Shown here piece after piece: positions 57,611 through 64,000 of a stretch of 64,000 nt of DNA. The stretch comes from Eledone cirrhosa. Lineage: Eukaryota. Numbering within the stretch: the first letter of the stretch is position 1; each line of letters opens with the position of its first letter. Position numbers and translations under genes: made by a program. Below the pieces are notes generated by a model that saw only the letters and a list, made by a program, of their open reading frames with translations, had not been told where the DNA came from and searched no databases. The DNA lies in the NCBI GenBank assembly GCA_964016885.1, contig OZ024740.1, positions 323,702,001 through 323,766,000 of the forward strand, in the 5' to 3' direction.

Positions 57611-57731
57611 CGATACCCGCTGATGAAGCCGCATAAGTCGATTGTGCATTGTTGCATAATATATGCAGACAGATGGTGCAGTGCACCTTACTGCTGCATT
57701 AGTGCGGCGGAAACTCGAGTCCAGGAACGTT
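57611..57731 (+). ncRNA. Hammerhead with long branched stem II
   Basis: CUGAUGA(57620)-A-GCCGCA..UGCGGC-G-GAAA-CUCGAG-UC; palindromic stem III; stem I imperfect. Confidence 0.7.
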
Positions 57732-57903
57732 ATAGGCACCCGTTTTACGTGTGTTGTATTGAAGCGAATAACTATGTGTATACTCTGGTAATGTATCTTA
57801 CATTGCCCATGGAGTACGCTGAGATACAACCGTTACTGGCATTGATAAATATGGTGAGTCCGTCAACCCTTATTATATATATATATATACATATATGTAT
57901 ATG

Positions 57904-57984
<81 letters not shown>

Positions 57985-57988
<4 letters not shown>

Positions 57989-58172
57989 AAGTATGACCCC
58001 GACGGCAGCTCAAGCCGTTTCGACGGCTAATTCAGTCCAGAAATAGCCGTCGAAACGGCTTGAGCTCTGCCGTCGGGGTCATACTTTTTCCTATTACCCA
58101 CTCTACTACCCTAACTATTGAGTACTCTGGTGCGTTATGGTTCATCTGGTTCCTTACCACAATTCCTTCGTT
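57985..58172. mobile_element. Family E fold-back copy
   Basis: Palindrome 57985-58090 plus shared tail. Confidence 0.8.
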
Positions 58173-58644
58173 ATATATATATTCAATATATTATGTCTAA
58201 ATAGTTACTCTGTACTTTCGAATGTTTAAACAGGTGAAATTCCAGAATAACAAGACTCACTAATTTAGCCTTAATAAAATGAACACTAAAACTCTACCTC
58301 GGTATTTCCGTCAACAACATACGGATATATATATATATATATATACATTTACTCTCCCTTTTCCTATCCCCTCTTTCTCTATTACGTCTCTATGTATGTA
58401 TGTAAAGGAAAACAGCAGTTTCAATTCCTTAACTGAGTGACAGACACTTCATTTGATGTTGCTGCAGTCTCCTCAGCTGAAAATGAGCACTAGCTGTAAC
58501 TCAGAGTTTAGTCTACGATAGTCAAGCCTCCTGCCCATGGGAAGAGCCTTATACACTCCGCGAAATCAATTCTGTTCTTTCTCGGAAAATATATCTGGGA
58601 AGCCATGTTTGCTGCAGAAGATCTTTTATTATTTCAATTTACTG

Positions 58645-59270
58645 AGGGCGGAGGATTGGCAGTATCGGTAGAGGGTCGGACAACATGCTTTCCAGCATAG
58701 AGTTACGGCTCTTTATGATCTGAGTTCAAATCCTGCCGAGGTTAACTTTGACTTTCATCCTTACGAGGTCAATAAAATAAAGTACCAATCACACACTGGG
58801 GTCGATTTAATCGACTTTCACCTCCCCCAAAATTGATGGCCTTGTGACTATTTAAGAAACCATTATTAAAGGGCGGTGAATCGGCAGTATCGGTAGTGTG
58901 TCGAACTCCATGCTACAAAGCATGGAGTTACGGCCCTTTATGATCTGAATTCAAATCCCGCCGAGGTTAACTTAGCCTCTCATCCTTACGGGCTTGATAA
59001 AATAAAGTACCAGTCACGCACTGGGGTCGATTTAATCGATTTCCCCTCCCTCAAAATTGCTGGCCTTGAGCCTATACTAGAAACCATTATTTCAATTTAC
59101 TGAGGGCGGTGGATTGGCAATATCGGTAGAGCGTCGGACACCATGCTTCATAACATTGAGTTACGGCTTTTTACGTTCTGAGTTCAAATCCCGCCGAAAT
59201 TAGCTTTGCCTTTCATCCTTGCGGGACCGAGAAATAAAGTAGCAGTAATACACTGGGGTAGGTTTAATCC
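58645..59270 (+). mobile_element. SINE trimer
   Basis: Units at about 58645, 58871 and 59104. Confidence 0.85.
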
Positions 59271-59739
59271 CCTTATCCACACCAACCAGCAAAGCAAACT
59301 CCACCCACAGTTACCCACAGAAACCCACAGCAACCCCACTTTCGCCCTCTGTCAGTAAAAACCCCTCAATCTCCGCCGCATCCACCCACAGCTATCCACT
59401 ACTACCCACAGCTACATAGAGTCAACCACAGTCATCTGAACACATACAATCCATTAGTGCCATCTAAAGTCGCAGCCATCTAAAGGCATCTACAGTCACA
59501 CTTCAATCACAGTCATTTACACACACCCAAGTTGTCACATTAATAATTTGTAGTTTTTTTTATAACAGAAATTTATTTTCAATATAGAAATGATAATAAA
59601 ATAAGGGGTAAACAAATAGAAAGAAAGAATAAGGAAATATTGTAAAATAAAAGAGAGAAAGAAAGAAGAAAAAGAACGGGAAGGGAAGGGGATGACAATA
59701 GCTCTGATGTCGCAGAAGAGAGAGGAGGGGTGAAGGTGG

Positions 59740-60065
59740 AGGGTGATTGGGCTTTGGGCCTAGGGCAAGAGGGCAGAAGTGCTGCGCAAAGGCATTCCCC
59801 CAGACGATGGCCAGTGACACCCGCTGCAACAGCCAGCCAACCACGCGGGGCTCCATCTTCAGACAGGTTACCGACGCTCTGATCTTGCGGAGGAGCACGG
59901 CACTACGGGGGTCTAAGTACGCCTGAGGTCTCAACAGCAACTCGTGCGAAGAGGAAGCGGCCGGATGAACCCCGGTATTTGTTTATTTTACGTTCTTCTG
60001 CAATACGGGCTGCCATGCCAGGGTATGTGGCCGAAGCGACTAAGCTGGAGGCGGAGAACGTGCGG
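59740..60065 (-). pseudogene. CRE-like LINE restriction-like endonuclease C-terminus
   Basis: Reverse translation GMAARIAEERKINKY..FLFARVAVETSG, then after a frameshift WLLQRVSLAIVWGNA (QRxSxAIxRGNA motif). Confidence 0.75.
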
Positions 60066-60344
60066 CAGCAATGGCGTCATCCTTTTATAGGACAGACTAA
60101 TCTACACTATCTGGTCTCATTGATATTCACCGGTGTAGAAAAATTGCTACACTGTAGGAGAACATGTTTTGTTGTATTTTGTTAAGCTTCTTTATGTTCT
60201 CAGTTTAAACTCTGCCGTCGTTTACTTAGCTTTCATTTGTCTGGAATCAATAAAATACACTACTGGTCAAGCGATGAGTTCTAAATAGTAAACTTTCCTC
60301 TAACCCCGTCATTGTTGGCCAGATGTCTCAACTTAAAACCATTA

Positions 60345-60548
60345 TTGGTAGTATTGGTACAGCGTCGGACACCCTGCATCGTGGCATAGATTTATGGCCC
60401 TTTACGTTCTGAGTTCAAATACTGCCGAAGTTAGCTTTCATCCTTACGAGGTCGATAAAATAAAGTACAAGTAACGCACTGGGGTCGATTTAATCGACTT
60501 TTCCCTTCCTCAAAATTGCTGGACTTGGGCCTAAAACAGAAACTATTA
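60345..60548 (+). mobile_element. tRNA-derived SINE
   Basis: GAGTTCAAAT and CTTTCATCCTTACGAGGTCGATAAAATAAAG. Confidence 0.8.
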
Positions 60549-61021
60549 TTTATATCATCTATTGAAGCCTAACATCAGAAGGGGGGGGGGGGGGGGGGCT
60601 GACATCCAATATGGAGAATATTATCGAAATAGTTCAGACAGACAGAAAGACAGTATTTCTGATTAACAGACTTACATATACAAAAGTGATTGAATAAGTA
60701 ACATATAATCACGTCAGCGTTCGCCGGTTGCTTGCCATTTGACATCCATGTATACATTATCGGTTAGTTATGTCTTCTATATAATACAACACTGACTATT
60801 ACAGTCTTGTAATTATCTATATTTCTATGCAAGTAAATGTGATGATCTATGTGTCGTTTTGTTCATCTAAGATTAAATACACATCTTTTAAATGATATGT
60901 AAGCTATTACAAATCATACGTACGTGCATGCATACATTGACCAATATTACATACCCGTAAATCCTTCCATATATATATACATATATATATATACACGTAC
61001 TATATATATCACACCCCACCC

Positions 61022-61024
<3 letters not shown>

Positions 61025-61067
<43 letters not shown>

Positions 61068-61115
61068 TAAATATATATATATAAATATATATACATATAT
61101 AAATATATATATATA

Positions 61116-61167
<52 letters not shown>

Positions 61168-61188
61168 CATATATAAATACATATATAA

Positions 61189-61239
<51 letters not shown>

Positions 61240-61250
61240 TGTATATAAAT

Positions 61251-61325
<75 letters not shown>

Positions 61326-61468
61326 CATATATATATATATAAATACATATATATATATATATATACATAAATATATATATATATATATATATATAAATAC
61401 ATATATATATATATATATATATACATAAATATATATATATATATATATATATAAATACATATATATAT

Positions 61469-61523
<55 letters not shown>

Positions 61524-61550
61524 CATATATATATATATATATATATATAA

Positions 61551-61631
<81 letters not shown>

Positions 61632-61799
61632 TACATAAATACTTAAACTTAAATGATTCATTTATATACAAGCTGTCCAGCTTGTATATAAATTATATAA
61701 ATGTATCATTTAGTTTATCATAAATATCTTAACCAGTGTATGTATGTGTGTGTGTATGTGTGTGTGTGTGTATGTATGTGTGTATGTGTGTGTATGTGT

Positions 61800-61832
<33 letters not shown>

Positions 61833-61879
61833 GGGGTGTGTGGGTGGGGGTGTGGGTGTGGGTGTGTGGGTGTGTGTGT

Positions 61880-61972
<93 letters not shown>

Positions 61973-61985
61973 GTGTGTGTGTGTG
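61025..61985. repeat. (TA)n compound tract followed by (GT)n
   Basis: Directly visible. Confidence 0.95.
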
Positions 61986-62924
61986 TTGAACAATATGAGC
62001 GCCAGCAGAGCAACGTTGATATGAGTTATGAATCATATGAGAGGTGAATAGAGAGAAACATGGTTTTAGGTGTGAAATGTGGTCACCATGATTATGTCCA
62101 GTTGTGATAATGTTTAATGGTTACAGAGATGCCTGTTATGTTTTGGCAAGGGTAAGACAAGATAGAGAAGTACTGGTGTGAGAGTGAGAGATTGAGAAAT
62201 CGCTAGAGTTGAGAAGGAGCGTCATTCAGAGTAGGGTATGGACGTGAGAGACCAAGAGACTAAGAGAGGGGTATAGTTGAGAGAGAGTGTGCAATAGAGC
62301 GAGAGTTATAGATCTGATAGAGTAAGTCAGAGGAAAAAAAGAGAGGTTAGTTTTAGAGAAGGCTATGGACGTGAGGAAATATGATTGAGAGAGAGGTATG
62401 GATTTGAGGAAACAGGATAGAGAAGGAGAAGGAGGTATGGATGAGAAAGAGCCTGATTGAGTGAGGGGTAAGGAAGCGAGAAAGGGAGATAAAGAGAGGG
62501 GTATGATTGGGAGAGAGCTTGATTGAGAAAGGGATATGTGTGAGAGAGAGAGAGAGAGATATAGATGGATATGATAAGGTAATGAGTAAGTAGTAAGGGA
62601 GGTGAATGAGGGAGTAAGGGGGAATAGATTGAGAGAGGGGTAAGATGAGTTCTGGCGTGATAGAGGGGTATGGTGGATAGGAATTATATAGATGGAGATG
62701 ATGTTTAAGGAATAGCGAGAGAGGGAGACAGAGAGAGAAGGGGACATGAGAGGGAGGCAAGAAGTGGACGTAAGCAAGAGGTCATCTGGTATCGAGAGAG
62801 AGAGGCGTATATGAGAGAAAGAGATAGAGGAGTATGTGAGAGATAGAGGCGTATATGCATGCGAGATAGAGAGAGAGGGATGTGTGAGAAAGCGAGAGAG
62901 AGAGAAGGAGAGAGAGAGAGAAAG

Positions 62925-62980
<56 letters not shown>

Positions 62981-63212
62981 AGAGAGAGATATGAGAAGGA
63001 AAATAATGGATGGACATGAGCAAGAGATCAAACTATAATAAAATCTTCAACGTAAAAGATAAAAATGTATGATAAAAGAACAACATGCATGAAAGAGATG
63101 TGACATGTGGTCAACATTTATATGTATGCGTGAGTGTATATGTGTATATGAGTATATGTGTGTATATGAGTGTATGTGCGTGTATATGGATATGTATTTC
63201 TATATGTGAGTA

Positions 63213-63249
<37 letters not shown>

Positions 63250-63266
63250 GTATTTATGTGTGTGAG

Positions 63267-63306
<40 letters not shown>

Positions 63307-63454
63307 TACGTGTATATGGATGTACACACGTATTTGTATGTAGGTATATTTGCATCTATGTATATGTATTTCTGTGTGTGTGAATGTGTGTATGTATATG
63401 TATCTGTTTGGGTATATTTCACTTCTCATACACTAATTTACAAATAAACCATGC

Positions 63455-63485
<31 letters not shown>

Positions 63486-63487
<2 letters not shown>

Positions 63488-63676
63488 AAAAAAGTATGAC
63501 CCCGACGGCAGAGCTCAAGCCGTTTCGACGGCTATTTCTGAACTGAAATAGGCGTCGAAACGGCTTGAGCTCTGCCGTCGGGGTCATACTTTTTTTCCTA
63601 TTCCCACTCTACTACCCTAAGTATTGAGTACTCTGGTGCGTTATGGTCCACCTGGTATCTTACCACACCCTCTTTG

Positions 63677-63680
<4 letters not shown>
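63486..63680. mobile_element. Family E fold-back copy
   Basis: Palindrome 63484-63600 plus shared tail, (TA)n on both sides. Confidence 0.8.
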
Positions 63681-63726
<46 letters not shown>

Positions 63727-64000
63727 TCACAACACTTTTACATCAGTAGCAAGCAGCTCAGAATCCTCATAGAAATCTGAAAGTGTCAAAATGGCCGTTT
63801 TGTTTGATACAAGGAAGAATATAAATTTCTAAAAGAAGTGTAGATATTATGATAGAATGGGACAAGTATAGGAAAAGACAACATGAGAGGTAGGGGGGGG
63901 GACAGAGATAGACAGAGGAAGACAAGGAATAAGAGAAAACATGAGGTGATTGAGTTGTATGACAAATAACATAATGTTTATTTATTTATATGCAAATAGG

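Overview
AT-rich, repeat-dominated animal genomic DNA. The SINE types and the density of (TA)n/(CA)n tracts suggest an octopus or other cephalopod (inference). I found no convincing host protein-coding gene; nearly all listed ORFs are read-throughs of simple repeats. The window holds large satellites (27-bp and 37-bp arrays, GGT/GTT arrays), many tRNA-derived SINEs, DNA-transposon MITEs, and RTE, CRE-like and other LINE remnants, plus two decayed Penelope-like (PLE) GIY-YIG fragments. The main signal is about 18 type I hammerhead ribozyme (HHR) motifs with intact CUGANGA/GAAA cores, from about 10 sequence families. They sit in short non-coding inserts between (TA)n tracts, mostly arranged as fold-back palindromes or terminally redundant units, and several junctions fall on HHR landmarks. 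All structures and coordinates were read by eye and have not been computed.
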